Positions 1 to 13,866 of a stretch of DNA of 64,000 bases are shown here, in pieces. Positions within the stretch are counted from its first letter, which is position 1, and each line of letters starts with the position of its first letter. The translations under genes were made by a program, and so were the position numbers. The notes below the pieces were generated by a model that was given only the letters and a program-made list of their open reading frames with translations, was not told the DNA's origin and did no database searches. Origin of the DNA: Eledone cirrhosa (taxonomy: Eukaryota); NCBI GenBank assembly GCA_964016885.1, contig OZ024740.1:82026001-82090000 (forward strand). The letters run 5' to 3'.

Positions 1-1029
1 TACCTTCAGTTTTACTGCTATGTTATTGATATAGGACACGTTCCAATATTTCCAATATGGTGAAAAGCAGGGAGGAGGGTATACTGCAGCAGAAGATCTC
101 ACTCAATTGCTTCCAACAGATGTCCATTTTCTAATGTCGTCCATGGGGCAAATAGTAGTTTTCAATAGTGCGAGGAAATACAACTACCACCCTAGTAGGT
201 TACATTGGGATTTGAAATTAGAATAGAAACAGCCGAAACAGAATTGACAGAAATTTCATCCGTTACAATAACATAGTATCACATTTACTTCCCCCATTGT
301 TAATGAATACGAATATATATATATTTAGTAGCTTCATCAACACAGGAAAATGTGTACTAAAACCACACGAACTCTCTCAAAGAAAGTGTTAATAATATTC
401 AGCTACACTATTTTAATTATCTCATGTTAGTGGTAAGTGTATTGTTCTCTTAGATCTGTGCATAGGAATTATTTGGATAAGTTAAATAGATTTCCATAAC
501 AACGAAAGGGGTTCTCATGTCAAATCAATCATGAGATAGCAAAATTAAACAATATATCTTCTACTGCGCAGTATTAATCTATAATAATTCAGGATATATT
601 TAGATGATGTCATGCACCTCCACACCAAAGCAGGAGCAACACCAATTATGTATTCTAAACCGTATCTGTCGAAATGACTATGCACTCATTACTGCTATTA
701 ATAAATGTGATGGTTTTATTACTGAACTGATTCATCAATAATGAAAACACTATATCAACATCTATGGTATGAAATAATCAGATATTTAAAGCAATCTTAT
801 ATGTGATAATATAAATAACGAATATCAGATTACGTTACACGCCATCTGATGTTATTGATGTTCATTGCTATCTTAAATGTCTTTCTATGTATATATGCAG
901 ATGGTGTATACATAATAATAAGCGCCTATCCTTTAATTTCTACTTCACAATATCATGCAAATTACACGTTTTGTAAATTTAATTTTGAATAACGTATATT
1001 GATCTCACCAAATTGGTGATATTCATACA

Positions 1030-1800
1030 GGTTTGAAGCCTAGGGCAAAGCCGTTTACTTATTGTAGTGTTCTTGTTGTTTAGTGTCAGCTCACATGTGA
1101 CTGGATATATTTATGTTCGAAAACAAGCTACGGCTATCCCATCTTTGTGCGTGACTGGCATCACGTAGTTCAACGCATGCGATATTACGGCTTTCCTGCT
1201 TTCATTTGCCCACCAGGCCAATTTAACGTGTAGAATTCTCAGTATTATTGAGTAAGAGATGTACAAGTTTGAGACAGGAGAAGATGTGGTTGAACAGCAA
1301 CATCAGAAGATCCCTACATAGTTGATGGTTAAAGAATAAAAGAAGATACATGTTGTGCCATTTTATCAACTATATAAGCGTGTTGCTCAAAGAGTCCTTG
1401 CGAATAAGGTTAATTATTTGGGGCTTGTCGAGAATGGTTATGTATGTGGATGTAAACTTTATGAGTAATACTCTAAACTTCGTAGAATGTTATCACATCT
1501 ACCTAGTTTAGGTGTCTAGTATGATGGGAGTCTATGAAACGGCGAAAGATGTGGGTAATATCTATTTCAAGGTAATTATCAAGATTTAAAAAAATATGTG
1601 TGTACAGCATAAATACGGTGAGAGATAATGACGTGACTGAGCAAGAACCGTGTATATATCCATTGAGAACGAGAAGATAATCAAAATAATAACAAATGAA
1701 ATTGTTTATGAGTTATTGGGAGTGGAGATTACATAGTGGTTATTTAGAATGCTCGGCAGGTTATTTTTGTGGGCAAGAGATATATCCATTGTCTGTTTCC
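1030..1800 (-). mobile_element. Highly degraded PLE remnant (RT thumb/GIY-YIG region)
   Basis: Broken minus-strand frames give scraps (PSILNNH, YVG, LNNKNTTISK) in the same order as the C-terminal half of the intact PLE at 51313-52512; many stops and frameshifts. Confidence 0.3.
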
Positions 1801-1958
1801 ATCGACCCTATTCATGTGGCCATGAAATGTCTGCTGGCTGTTTTTAAGCAATGGAAATGACGTTGGCCTGATCATTTTGTTCACTTAAATTATAAAAGGT
1901 TCTGTAACATGTCATATATATAATTATAATTATAAATATAAGCTATCGCCGTATTTTG

Positions 1959-1990
1959 AGATGAGTATTGACGTACGTCAATACTCATCT
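1959..1990. repeat. Perfect 32-bp palindrome within a dispersed repeat
   Basis: agatgagtattgacgt|acgtcaatactcatct; its right half plus downstream sequence recurs at about 32517-32575. Confidence 0.8.
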
Positions 1991-2605
1991 TTTTCCATTT
2001 CTCCGAGGATTCTTAACCCCACTATCAGACTAAATAATTTCTTTAATTTCTTTAGTCATAATACAGCGATAGATTATATTTATAATTTCAAATTCGCTCG
2101 CTGTTTCGAAAATATTCTTACTTGACATATATATATCACGATACATTAACGGAGCCATAGATTCTCGCCGTTCCCTATAAATAATGTACTCAAAGGAGAG
2201 GAAATCATGGGCACTTTAGAATACAATATGTTGAAAAGGTAACACATATATATATATATATATGTATATTATTGACTGTATTTCGGTTTGGAGAAGTGTC
2301 ATCCCTGGACATATGTATCTCACTTGAGTGGCACGACTATGACCTTTTAGCCTTTTCAAGATCGTAGATTCCTCTCTGCATATCCTGCAGAGAATGAAAA
2401 ACGAAAACGCAATGCTAATAGACATTGTATAGATCAAGTGATGGCTGTACTTGAAGATTTATTACCATGGGCCAATCCCACTCTGCACAATGGTGACAGA
2501 TATGCAAAAGGGTGAGCAGAGTTTTCCTTTTAGGATGATTTGCTAACAAGAAATATAACTCTCTCAGTAACCGCTCCCTTTGACATCACCCCGAGTATTT
2601 CCCCG

Positions 2606-2640
<35 letters not shown>

Positions 2641-2650
<10 letters not shown>

Positions 2651-4462
2651 GAAATGACAGGAGGCTGGATTTGTGTAAATCATTGAAAGGTTTATCATAC
2701 TATGATCATTTCAATGACCGGGTTTCGTATGAATCCGGTGATAATATCAGGTATTCGAAATATAATAAGTGAATGTAATAGATAAAATCCATGGGGCTGA
2801 AAATCAAAGACCCGAGGACGACCGCCATCCACCATCTTCCACCTTTGCCGGTCGCCCTCAAGTGACGTGGCTAAAGCTTACAGTGTGCTACTACCGGTCA
2901 AATAAAGGAAAACACAAAGGGATAGGAACACGGCGCATAGGCCTTCCTTGAGTGCTTGGAAAAATAAATTTCCCCTTCTTTCGGTAAATGAAACTACTCG
3001 GAGTGGCTTGAATCGCCCCAGGGGCCCGGCCGCAGCCGGTTTTTTGACCGCCATATAGCACCTTTAAATTACAGATCTAATCATAACTATTAAATGTATC
3101 ACGCCTCCCTCTACTTAAGCAAATCCCCATCCTGGGTAAAGGAATTGTACTGGTTTTGTACAAGAATGGCCTAACGATGCGGGCTGACTTCCTGCTGACG
3201 CACCTGAAGCTTGTTATACGTTCCTAGAGTTCTCAGAAAAATCGATTTCCATATCTTTCGCTAGGTGATATCACTCGGTGTGGATGTGCTGCCCAAGCTT
3301 GTAGTCGCCGCATGCTGTTTGACGGCTAAACAAAGACAATCTTTACTCTATAATAAAATTTAAGTTTCTTCATAAAATACTCTTTCTTTGCTTAAACCTC
3401 GCAACCTTAAAAATGTCAAACTGTTTAACTTTCAATTTTCTAGTTTCTTTAATTTTACAATGTTAATATTAAATATTAATTTTTTAACTTCATCCTATAA
3501 ATATAAACAAAAATGTAACGTTCCAATCTTCTGCTCACACATTATAACATACAGACGCCCACTATATTTACCTCTGATAAGATACGGGTCCCTTTAAAAA
3601 TATTTTTTTCGCGCCATTCCTGGCCTGACTGTAGTCTGACATTAATATCGACCTCTCTTCCTCTTTCTTTCTATCTTTCTTCTTGTAGCCATTAACCCTG
3701 ACTTTTCTTCTTCCTTTTCTTCCTTCTCTTCCCCCTTCTTTCTGTATTTCTCCTTGTGGCATGATATTAACGCTGACTTATCTTCCACCCCGTTTTTGTT
3801 TGCCTATATTTGACCGGTAGTAGTTGTTAAGATACGGGTACCTTAGAATGAATTTGTTTCGCTACATTCCTGGCCTGACTGTAATACCGACCTTTCCTCC
3901 TCTTTATTTATGTCTTTCTTCTTATAGCTGACATTAACACTGACTTCCCTTCTTCTTCCTTGTCTTCCCTCCCCCTTCTTCTCTCTTCTTTCTTTCTTTC
4001 TTTTTTCTTGTGGCATGATACTAACGCTGACTTATGTTCCTATCCCTTTCTGTTTTCCTTTATTTGACCGGTAGTAGCACACTGTAAGCTTTAGCCACGC
4101 CACTTGAGGGCGACCGGCAAAGGTGGAAGATGCTGGATGGCGGTCGTCCTCGGGTCTTTGATTTTCAGCCCCATGGATTTTATCTATTACATTCACTTAT
4201 TATATTTCGAATACCTGATGATATCACCGGATTCATACGGAACCCGGTCATTGAAATGATCATAGTATAATAAACCTTTCAAGGATTTACACAAGTCCAG
4301 TCTCCGTCATTTCATTATAATATTTAACTACATACTAGCACCACTAACTACAAAAACAAAGACGGTTAAACTGCTTTACGTTGAGTACTCTCCATATTAT
4401 TACATTACGATTGACCATACGGAATTGATCAGCTCTAACCAGTGGTGAACCTCAAACCTGAA
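2641..4462 (+). mobile_element. PLE-type fold-back insertion in (TA)n: inverted terminal segment, decayed body, pLTR
   Basis: 2641-2930 is the reverse complement of 4035-4323; an internal direct duplication of about 250 bp lies at 3579-4078; microsatellite on both sides; HHR in the arm. Confidence 0.8.
4211..4268 (+). ncRNA. Type I hammerhead ribozyme
   Basis: atac-CTGATGA-stem II (accgg..ccggt)-GAAA-tgatca-TA-gtat, followed by AATAAA; the mirror copy at about 2697-2755 has a mutated core. Confidence 0.8.
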
Positions 4463-4463
4463 T

Positions 4464-4560
<97 letters not shown>

Positions 4561-6438
4561 TTTAATCTTCTGAATATTCTCCCCAGATTTTATCTGTAAT
4601 CCCAATTGAATTTACACGTCCAACTACCTTATCTCTTTTATATCATATCAGCTACTTTGTTGGTCACATGTTGCGGATATCGTATGTCCCACCCTTGAAG
4701 AAAGCGTTTATAACGGTTAAAATATTTTAATATTATTCTATAGAATTTATTTGACATTGAAACTAGTAATTTCATTTTACATACGATTTCGTTGCCCTCC
4801 GTATATATGCCACCCTCTCTCTTACACTCATGGACCTTCCCCTTAGAATACACAAATATAAGGAGAATTATGTTTTTAAACAAGGCAACATTAAATTAAA
4901 TCTGTTAATGTTAGTTTTGCTTTCTCAATATTATATTGAAATAATCAACAATTCTATTTCATGATTCCTTTTAGGACGCCGATGCCTTGAATTCACTTTA
5001 GTTTGTGTGAAAGAAAGGGATTTTGTATGCATACGGAGCATAAGAGTTTTCATTCTACTAGCGTACCCATAAACCACGACACAAATAAAGGAGAAAATGG
5101 GTGTTTTTTTAATGAATCTATACGTATACATATGACCTTCGATGTGTATATATTCAGGAAAACATACTAATGTACTAATTCTTTCAATATCCTTATCTTT
5201 GTGTCGTTATTATTCTGCTTCCTCGGTTGTATGCTTACCAGTATAACAACTTAATCCTTGCGTGATCACGTCACACTTCCAACCACTTTGGTAATGCTTT
5301 CAACTTTATTTACTACCGTCCGACCAGCGTTCCCATATTTCTTCTCAGTGGCAGGGATCTGACCAAATTACTACAAAACTACGTATTTTCATCACACGGA
5401 ATCAACATATGATGGCATGTCTTTTTCTGGTTAAGAGGTTTACACCATAACTACGTGGTTACCGTTGAAATTATAGTGAGTGATTAATAATACGAGTGTC
5501 CTCTGCCATAATTCAAACCGTCTGAAACCATACTATTCAGATTGTTTCGGGAATATTCATATGGTTTAACACTAAGGTATATTCCTTTGGAGATTTAAGA
5601 GGTGTCAAATCTTTTACAAGTATTCGGATCTTGTTAGTAAACTTAGGATATTTTTGTCCCTTGAAGGTTCTGAATATATTCAAATATGCTGCGTTTTCTC
5701 ACTTGGTAATATCATAAGTAATAGAAAAAAGAATTCTTTAAATGAGGCAGACAATTTTAGTATCTGATAGTTACACAAGCATATACTATGAATTTTCAAG
5801 GAACGGTGCGGGGAAAGGGAAGGCGGAGCAGATAGAGGAAGCGGTGGACAGACAACATAGCTAAATGGACAGGAAAGAACTTTGCCACAACCCAAACACT
5901 AACCCATAACTCCCAGGATGAAATCAGCGTGTGTGGTGTTCAGCACTGCAATGTCCCAATGACCCCCGAAATGGGTCAAGGAACCATGATTATAATGATG
6001 ATGATAATACTATACATATCACTCGAAGACCAATCTAATCACGGCGTTATTGTGAAATTCGAAGATATGTCCACATGTTTTTTGTTTTGTTTTCGTTTAA
6101 AGATTCTGTTTTCTGCTATAGAGTAAGAGTGACAGATATTTAAAGTATGTAATATTATACTGCGAGTAGTGGGGTTGAACAACTGACATATAATTTTTAC
6201 TCATTACAGTGGAGGATGAATAAAGAGAAAGGTTGATGTAGCAAGTATCAACATGAAGATTAGGAAACAACCAACGCATTTGGCTCACAATATAAACATT
6301 TCTAAATGGAAATATGTATCCTTGGTGATACATTCTATGATGTTCAAATAATTGTCTTAATTATTTTCATGATTACAAATTCGTAAATAGAATTTATTCT
6401 TTCATGTCAAATAATGAGATATTAATTAGAGGAAACAA

Positions 6439-6625
6439 GGGGCGGCGGATTGGCAGTATCGGTAGAGGGTCGGACGCCATGCTTTCCACCATAGTTACGT
6501 CCATTTATGATCTGAGTTCAAATCCCGCCGCGGTTAACTTTGCCTTTCATTATTACGGGGTCGATAAAATAAAGTACCAGTAATGCACTGGGATAATTGC
6601 TGGCCTTGTGCCTAAAGTAGAAACA
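6439..6625 (+). mobile_element. tRNA-derived SINE with 18-bp TSD
   Basis: A-box-like tggcagtatcgg, B box gagttcaaatcc, central ttgcctttcat..ggggtcgataaaataaagtacc; TSD attaattagaggaaacaa at 6421-6438 and 6626-6643. Confidence 0.9.
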
Positions 6626-7000
6626 ATTAATTAGAGGAAACAATAGTTTCCTCTAATTAATATCTGATTATTCGCGTTTTCGTTTTCTCCTTCTATATTC
6701 ATTCAGAATAGCTATTTTTATTTCTTAAAATTGATGTTATTTTCTTTCGGACTGCCATGATTTCTTCTAGGGTTTTCACTCTTAAGAGAAAAGGATATCC
6801 TTCAGAGGGAAATACATTTATTTTTATACAATATATATAACATTTTCTTTAATATCATATTATATACTTTGACTAATTTCGTTTGATAGCCTAATTTCGT
6901 TTGATAGCGTTTGATAGCGTTTGATAGCGTATTACTGACATCGTTACAATTGTGTAATTTGCGATGCAGCTTATACATAACTAATATTATTTATGGGATA

Positions 7001-7380
7001 AGGCGATGGATTGGCAGTATCGGTGTAGAGTCGGACGCCATGCTTTCCAGCATTGTTACGTCCCTCTACGGTCTCAGTTCAAATCCCGCCGAGGTTCACT
7101 TTGCCTTTCATCCTTACGTGGAAGATAATATAAAGTACCAGTAATGCACTGGTTATTTGCTGGCCTTTTGCTAAAAGTAGAAACAATTATTTGTTGGATT
7201 GGCAGTATCGGTAGAAGGACGGACGCCATGCTTTGGAGCATAGAGTTACGTCCCTTTTTAGTCTGAGTTCAAATCCCACCGAAATTCACTTTGCCTTTTA
7301 TCCTTACGTTGTTGATAAAATAAAGTACCAGTAATTTACTGGAATAATTGCTGGCATTGTGCCAAAAGTAGAAACAATTA
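7001..7380 (+). mobile_element. Two tandem copies of the same SINE
   Basis: Copies at about 7001-7187 and 7196-7380; the second is flanked by attatttgtt (7186-7195 and 7377-7386), so it inserted at the tail of the first. Confidence 0.9.
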
Positions 7381-9799
7381 TTTGTTAATGTATGACGTAA
7401 ACAAAGACCGCTAATAAACCAACTTATATGACCTTCCGTCTCATAACACATTCCGTTTTATTTCTCATATTCAATTTGGTCGGTTACGAAGATAATCTAT
7501 TAAACGCGGTGGTGGTTGGCTTCAGAAAGGAAATATAGGCAAATACACCCAGCTAAGTATTTCGTACTTTGAACTTTTGAAATATAGAAAGCGAAATTTC
7601 CAATCAAACAAGCTAGGAATTCGACACTGACAAAAAGGCTACGCATTGAAATATATATATTGCAAATATTGTCAATGTTCAGCATGCTATAAAATAACAG
7701 ATGCGACAAGAAGAAACAGAATATAAGCTAACGATATAAAGAATGTGAATAACACCACGACGGCAAAATGTAGGACACCATGCTTAATTCAAATAGAAAT
7801 TGTGGTGGGGGGGCACACTAAACACATAACTAAAGGGCCTGAAAACCAAAATTCAACACCGTAGAAGAAAAGTGTAATTAATAAATATGTGCCTTGACTT
7901 CTTATTGGGCAAATGCTGTTTCTAATATGCATACACACATTTGAGGAGACTAACATAAACACGAATCAGTAAAATGCAAAGCATATTCAAAATTGAAGCT
8001 CTGCAAATCTTCGAATTATACATTCAACTAGAAAGCCTTTCCAAAAGAATATTTATTTCGTCATTAATTTGGATTTTTTAAAACAGTTCGATAGATTGGA
8101 ATTGCTAAACATTCCTTAACACATTAAAATGGTAACATGGTGAATTGAATAACTTCGACAACAAAATTAAACTGAGTAAACGAGAACTACCAGGAGATCT
8201 TCATTGTATAAAATAATGAGCAGGCACGAATTTCCACTTGAAATCACATGAAAACCTCAATAGATGTTGCAACACAGCAATTTTCTTTGCTTTATTAGGA
8301 ACCAATTCATCTCAAGGTTCAGAAATTTGGCAGCATCGATTGTATGTATATAGCTATATCCATCAACTCATGAGCAATATATATACTGTTGAATTTGAAT
8401 CTCGGACATTTGCTAAAACTGTTGTACTTCATTCAAATCTGACAAGTGATATTATATTACAGAATCATCATATTGAAACGTGCATCCTTCAAATTAAACC
8501 TAATTTCATTGGGATCGTTCAGAAAAATAATGTTTATGATTTTGCTCGTAGGATGTTGGTAGAATTGGAAAGCAAACATATTAATCAAATATCAAAACAG
8601 AATATTCCATCGGAAGCAATTATCACTCCACAGCTGTGTACGACATAGCAAAGGCATTTAGAAATAGATTTGTACATGTTTTCGAAAATATGTTTCATTT
8701 TCAAAAATGGCTTTGCCATCGAATTCTGCAACCTCGTCTCATTAATTTGAAACTACTGATGCTCAATCCAAATTTAATTGCGACAGAATTACCAATTCCT
8801 TATTGAGAAATAGACTGATAACCATGATTAAAATGAATATTAATCATAGACTGATTGTCACAAATAAATGTAGTAATATTTTATTTTTACAATGCAAGTT
8901 TTCCAAAGCAATAGGGAAATGAGTAACTGCATGATAGGAAATCATTACAGCACTGTGATAGACATCTTTACCCATGTGGAATATCAGAAAGGATATCCCT
9001 GATTGGACATGTATCTGCCAGTACATGATTTCGCAAACAATATTTCTAGAATCTGAAAGTTATATCAGAAAATGCTCCATGAATTCCATGTCTATATTCT
9101 GAAATTTTTAATGTCATATATATTTACCCCTACTTCCGGTACATCGATCTATATTGGAATTATAAATTAATACATTCAGTGGGAAACATCTTCAGACAAA
9201 TCATATATTATTGTATGTGTGATCACATAATGAAAGGAATTGTTAAGGTTTGTTCCTAATTTAATGAATTCCACGAAGGTAGATAAACGCATGTTAATAT
9301 TCAGATTATATTATACATATAATATACAGTTACTGAATTAGACAATATAGACAATGTAATATAGGGAATAAGGATATCTATAAAGTGAGAGTGCTCTTTA
9401 CAAAAGAGTTTCGAAATGCATGTTTCATTATAAGAGTGGTAATTTACACTCATATGCAGCATGAATGTGTTGATGTTTTCCTTAAAGAATTCACATAATA
9501 GGCTGTAGCAAATGTTCACGGATATGCATAGACGACGCCCTAGTGCCAGAGTAACAATTGGCAACAATACGGTTCAGTACGTATAAGTTGTTTTTTGCAA
9601 CATATATTTCAACTTCAGTTCTATTATCATATCATCATAGAAGAAAATTGAATAAAATAAAGATTTACTTATATATAAAAGTACTAATATTGTTCGATTT
9701 AACACATTCATAATTAATGAAGAATTGTTCATCATGTTTCAACAATGTTTCAATGTCAGGTGCATTAAAGACGTGCTTCGTTCACGAATAACCATAGGG

Positions 9800-10100
9800 T
9801 TTAGTACCGAGCAAGTTTCCCTCCGATGCACAATTGCGGGCGAATTGTTTTTTAGGAAAACCAGCAGTCTTTTCTGCATACCAGCGCCCTCCCCCTCCAC
9901 ATCAACGATGTCGTCCAAGGGAAAAGCGAAGGCTAAGACAACTTGGCAACGGAAACGTCGCAACTCATTTCTTCATGTGATTGAACTGGGACAACGTAAG
10001 ATAAAGTGTCTTGTACAAAGAAACAATACATCCTCGGTTAGAGAATCGAAATCACAACCTCTTCACGATTGTGAATCTGACTATCTAACAACTAAGCCAC
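9800..10100 (-). mobile_element. Older tRNA-derived SINE of a different family
   Basis: Minus strand starts gtggcttagttgttag..gatttcgattc (A/B-box-like), then ctttgtacaagacactttatcttacgttgtcccagttca, a typical SINE core; 3' limit uncertain. Confidence 0.55.
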
Positions 10101-11039
10101 TTGACATCTCTATGCATTAATATTTATAAAATAATGCTCATCTTCTATACAACATGAAGGCGTGCAAATGTAGGTAAAGAAAACGGCGTGGATTTCCTTG
10201 ATAGAAATGAAAGGGAAGTATTAAAAGCTACTTATCGTACATGATGATGTAATAACCCTTAAGATGTACTTCAGCATTCTTATATTTCAGACAATCTGAC
10301 TCCAGCATTGAAACCAGGAATTTGCGGCTTTGGTAAAACTACTTTTAAGAATAATCAATTTCAATCCTCGAATTTCTGAAAGATTCCTTTGCAGAATATT
10401 ATAGAACATAAAAGGAAATACTAGATCTTGGTGTCTGTATATAGTGGATGAGAATGTCTATGCCAATTTAAAAGAGAGTTTGTTCTAAGAAATATCATCA
10501 ACGATAAAAATGTTTGTCATATTATGTTCGATACATATTCCAAACAGCACACCACCGCCATATCAGCAATTTGAAAATATAATAGACTTTAACATTAACC
10601 AAAGCGTATGAAAAAGCCAAGTCTCTGGAATATATACTATAATGAATGTATGTATTAACAACCTTCATTAATATATAGTGGTTGAAGAATATATAACTGG
10701 ATACACTACTAACGACAAACATGAAGAAGTAGCATGAGTAGTTTCAATAAGGGTAATTCAAGAAATATTTTATTGGATCATTTTTCAGGTGCTACTTCAA
10801 CAGCAAACCCCTCTATTGCTTTGGTTTAACGAACAATGTATATTGGACATTGCTCTCAAAACTTAAATCAAAATGACTGTGATGTTGCATCACACCTACG
10901 TTACTTTAGCTTTGAGTAAGATTTATAGACAGGTACACGATAATGGAAGCTCCACAGGCCTCGATTCTGTGTGTATATATGTGTGTATGTGTGTGTTATA
11001 TGTATGTCTATATGTATGTATATATGTATATATATATAT

Positions 11040-11076
<37 letters not shown>

Positions 11077-11092
11077 ATATGTATATATATTG

Positions 11093-11124
<32 letters not shown>

Positions 11125-11126
<2 letters not shown>

Positions 11127-11326
11127 ACAAAGAAATCTGGCAAGGGACCAGATGGACCATAACGCAGCAGAATGCTCAATATTTAGGGTAGTAGAGTGGG
11201 AAATAGAAAAATGTATGACCCCGACGGCAGAGCTCAAGCCGTTTCGACGGCTATTTCTGGACTTGTAGTTCAGAAATAGCTGTCGAAACGGCTTGAGCTC
11301 TGCCGTCGGGATCATACTTTTTCCTA

Positions 11327-11330
<4 letters not shown>
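11125..11330. mobile_element. Short fold-back PLE terminus with the 3' half of an HHR; other copies at 29083-29272 and 31106-31167
   Basis: Arms at about 11195-11260 and 11269-11330; GAAAC-ggc..gcc-GTC-ggg is GAAA box, stem III and cleavage triplet; flanked by (TA)n. Confidence 0.75.
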
Positions 11331-11372
<42 letters not shown>

Positions 11373-11379
<7 letters not shown>

Positions 11380-11848
11380 AGGATAAAGAGGACGATTGAT
11401 TATTCCTTCATTGCATTTATTGATAGGTGACGCGCGTTTCGCCACTGATCAGCTCAAGGTTCGATATATATCGATCCTACCCGACTCAATAATCCGCAGC
11501 TCAACGGACCCTCTTAAAATGCTATAAGAAAAAAACAAAATTTTTTTTTTTTCTTATAAGAAAAAACAAATTTTTCTTTTTTTTTTCTTATAGCATTTTA
11601 AGAGGGTCCGTAATGCTGCGGATTATTGATCGGGTAGGATCGATATAGATCGAACCTTGAGCTGATCACTGGCGAAACGCGCGTCACCTATCAATAAATG
11701 CAATGAAGGAATAATCAATCGTCCTTTTTATCATTTCTATATATTACACTCTGTATAGCTCTACACATCATCACAGAAGTGAATCTAATCTAAACATCGA
11801 GTGCTCTCCCGGGTGAACCTGCAGTAACTCCTAGTTACACCCCCTGGA
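11373..11848. mobile_element. Fold-back PLE terminus with variant HHR (11426-11510, minus)
   Basis: Arms 11373-11545 and 11580-11742; minus strand reads ggt-CCGTTGA-gctg..tggc-GAAA-cgcgcg-TC-acc. Confidence 0.7.
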
Positions 11849-12109
11849 TATATATTAATATATATATATATATATATATATACAAGGGAGTATTGGAGTT
11901 TGCTTGAAGCATTGTGGAACAATAAGTAAATATCTTTAAGTCGTTTGGAAGCCTCAACAATGCAAATGGGTAAATCTCCGGGTAACAAGGTCCGGTGGTG
12001 GAGAGAGAGATATAAGTGGGTGTACGTTGAGATGCGTGGTGTGTATAAGATGTGTGAGATGTGTAGAATGAAGGGAAGCGTATAAAGGATAAATAAAAGC
12101 CTATCATGA

Positions 12110-13105
12110 GTGCTAGCGATCTCTTACATGGACAACCTCGAACGCAAGGCACTCAACGCCTGCCACCCCAACGCCGTAGCCCTTTTCTCAACGTACGTGG
12201 ACGATATCCTCATCCTCACATCTTCCCAAGACAAGGCGAACAGAATCTATGAGACGTTCAACAACACGGTCCAGAACATTGACTTCAGTGTTGAACACCC
12301 CAACGAAGACGAGTCATTTGCCCTCCTCGACTTCCGAATCAACATCACGGAACAGGGAAGGATCCACTGCAACTTCTACCGAAAGGCAGCCTGCAGAGAC
12401 CTATTCGTTCACTACAAGTCCGCCCTACCTAACAGTGCCAAAAGAGGATACATCACGAACAAGATCGCACGAATCAAAAACAGATGCAGCGATCCCGCGA
12501 GTGGTGTCACTCATACCAAGCGATTCCTCGAGGTGCTGGAGACGAACGGGTACCCTACCTCGATCGCAGACAGAATAGGAGACACCAGACGCAAGAGACA
12601 GAGAAGCACCCAAGGCAAGTGCTTCCTTAAAATGCCACACCTGGGCGAGAAAACCACCAACGCTATCCGCAAGGCTATACGGAGGGAGGGCCTCGACATC
12701 CACCTGGCCCACTCGGGCCCCTCCCTACGAAGATGCCTCTCCAGGAAACCCGAAAAATCTACTGACGCATGCTCACTCAGAGACTGCCCGATACGCCATG
12801 CGAACTGATGCTTACGCACATACGTCGTGTATAAGATAGAATGTGACACGTGCAACCAATACTACATAGGTAGCACAATTCGACCTTTGCACATCCGGAT
12901 CAAGGAACACATTAAAACCAGGACCTCGTCTTTCCGGAAACACATAGACAAATGCGGAAACAAAGACGGAAGGCCCATTGTCTCAATTCTAGCGACTGAA
13001 AGAAACGTCGGCACGTTACGTATCAAGGAAGCGCTTTTTATCAAACGACTGCAATCGCAAATAAACAACCGATCAGAGAGAAGCGAAATGAGATGGCTGG
13101 TTTAA
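12110..13105 (+). pseudogene. PLE RT C-terminal half and GIY-YIG endonuclease, one in-frame TGA
   Basis: YVDD, LLDF, FYRK, FVHYKSALP; then CPIRHAN*CLRTYVVYKIECDTCNQYYIGSTIRPLHIRIKEH..IKEALFI..IN. The TGA at 12806-12808 joins two in-frame ORFs. Confidence 0.92.
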
Positions 13106-13504
13106 GTTAAAAAGCGATGCAACAACACACAACACACGCACACACGCAAACGAGACAACTACACACACACACGCACAAACACAGTAGCATTCCACCATAC
13201 GAACATACTACACTGCCAATACAGAGGAACAAGGAAACAACACACGCACACACACACACACTCTCAAGCGAGACAACAACACACGCACACACACACACAG
13301 TAACATTTAACAAACAGGCAGAGAATGGACTGACAGCTAGCGCCATCCCACTCCCTCATTCGGCCGCTGACCTCTGTACGACCGACCCCATTTCACGCGC
13401 ACGCGCGCTCTGCCGAATACCTCAGATATTCAAAACAACAAACAGCGAAGGACGCGTTCCGGACTTGTCCGACAGACAACCTTTTCCCCCACCCCGGAAA
13501 AAAA

Positions 13505-13540
13505 CCCCAGTTGATGGATGTGAATCCGAAATATATAGGG
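13505..13540 (+). ncRNA. Minimal HHR with variant core CAGUUGA
   Basis: ccc-CAGTTGA-t-ggat gtga atcc-GAAA-tata-TA-ggg; identical copies at 31646-31681 (+) and 31450-31485 (-). Confidence 0.65.
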
Positions 13541-13754
13541 ACTATTAAATCTCTCCCAAGGTAACTCTCACTTGTGTTGTTATTTTTATTTTATCCTTTA
13601 TACTCTTCCCTTCATTCTACACATCTCACACATCTTATACACACCACGCATCTCAACGTACACCCACTTACATCTCTCTCTCCACCACCGGACCTTGTTA
13701 CCCGGAGATTTACCCATTTGCATTGTCGAGGCTTCCAAACGACTTAAAGATATT

Positions 13755-13813
<59 letters not shown>

Positions 13814-13866
13814 GTAAATAAATATACACAGGTGTGTATGATTGTGTATAGAAGATTATATTAATA

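Larger units (their letters stand above)
11883..13757 (+). mobile_element. 5'-truncated PLE with inverted 5' terminal segment
   Basis: 11883-12098 is the inverse of 13584-13757 plus an extension; the body encodes RT and GIY-YIG; bounded by (TA)n. Confidence 0.92.

Noticed and set aside
5440-5680. PLE RT thumb remnant (IFYKYSDLVSK)
   Set aside because: Only one short peptide resembles the family; too decayed to list as a feature.
6439-6540. tRNA genes at SINE heads
   Set aside because: No cloverleaf, extended A-B spacing, and a SINE body and TSD follow.
7950-9100. 136-aa ORF at 8238-8648 and surrounding unique sequence as an exon
   Set aside because: No recognisable domain, a non-ATG start and stops in all neighbouring frames; it could be decayed coding sequence but I cannot support a call.
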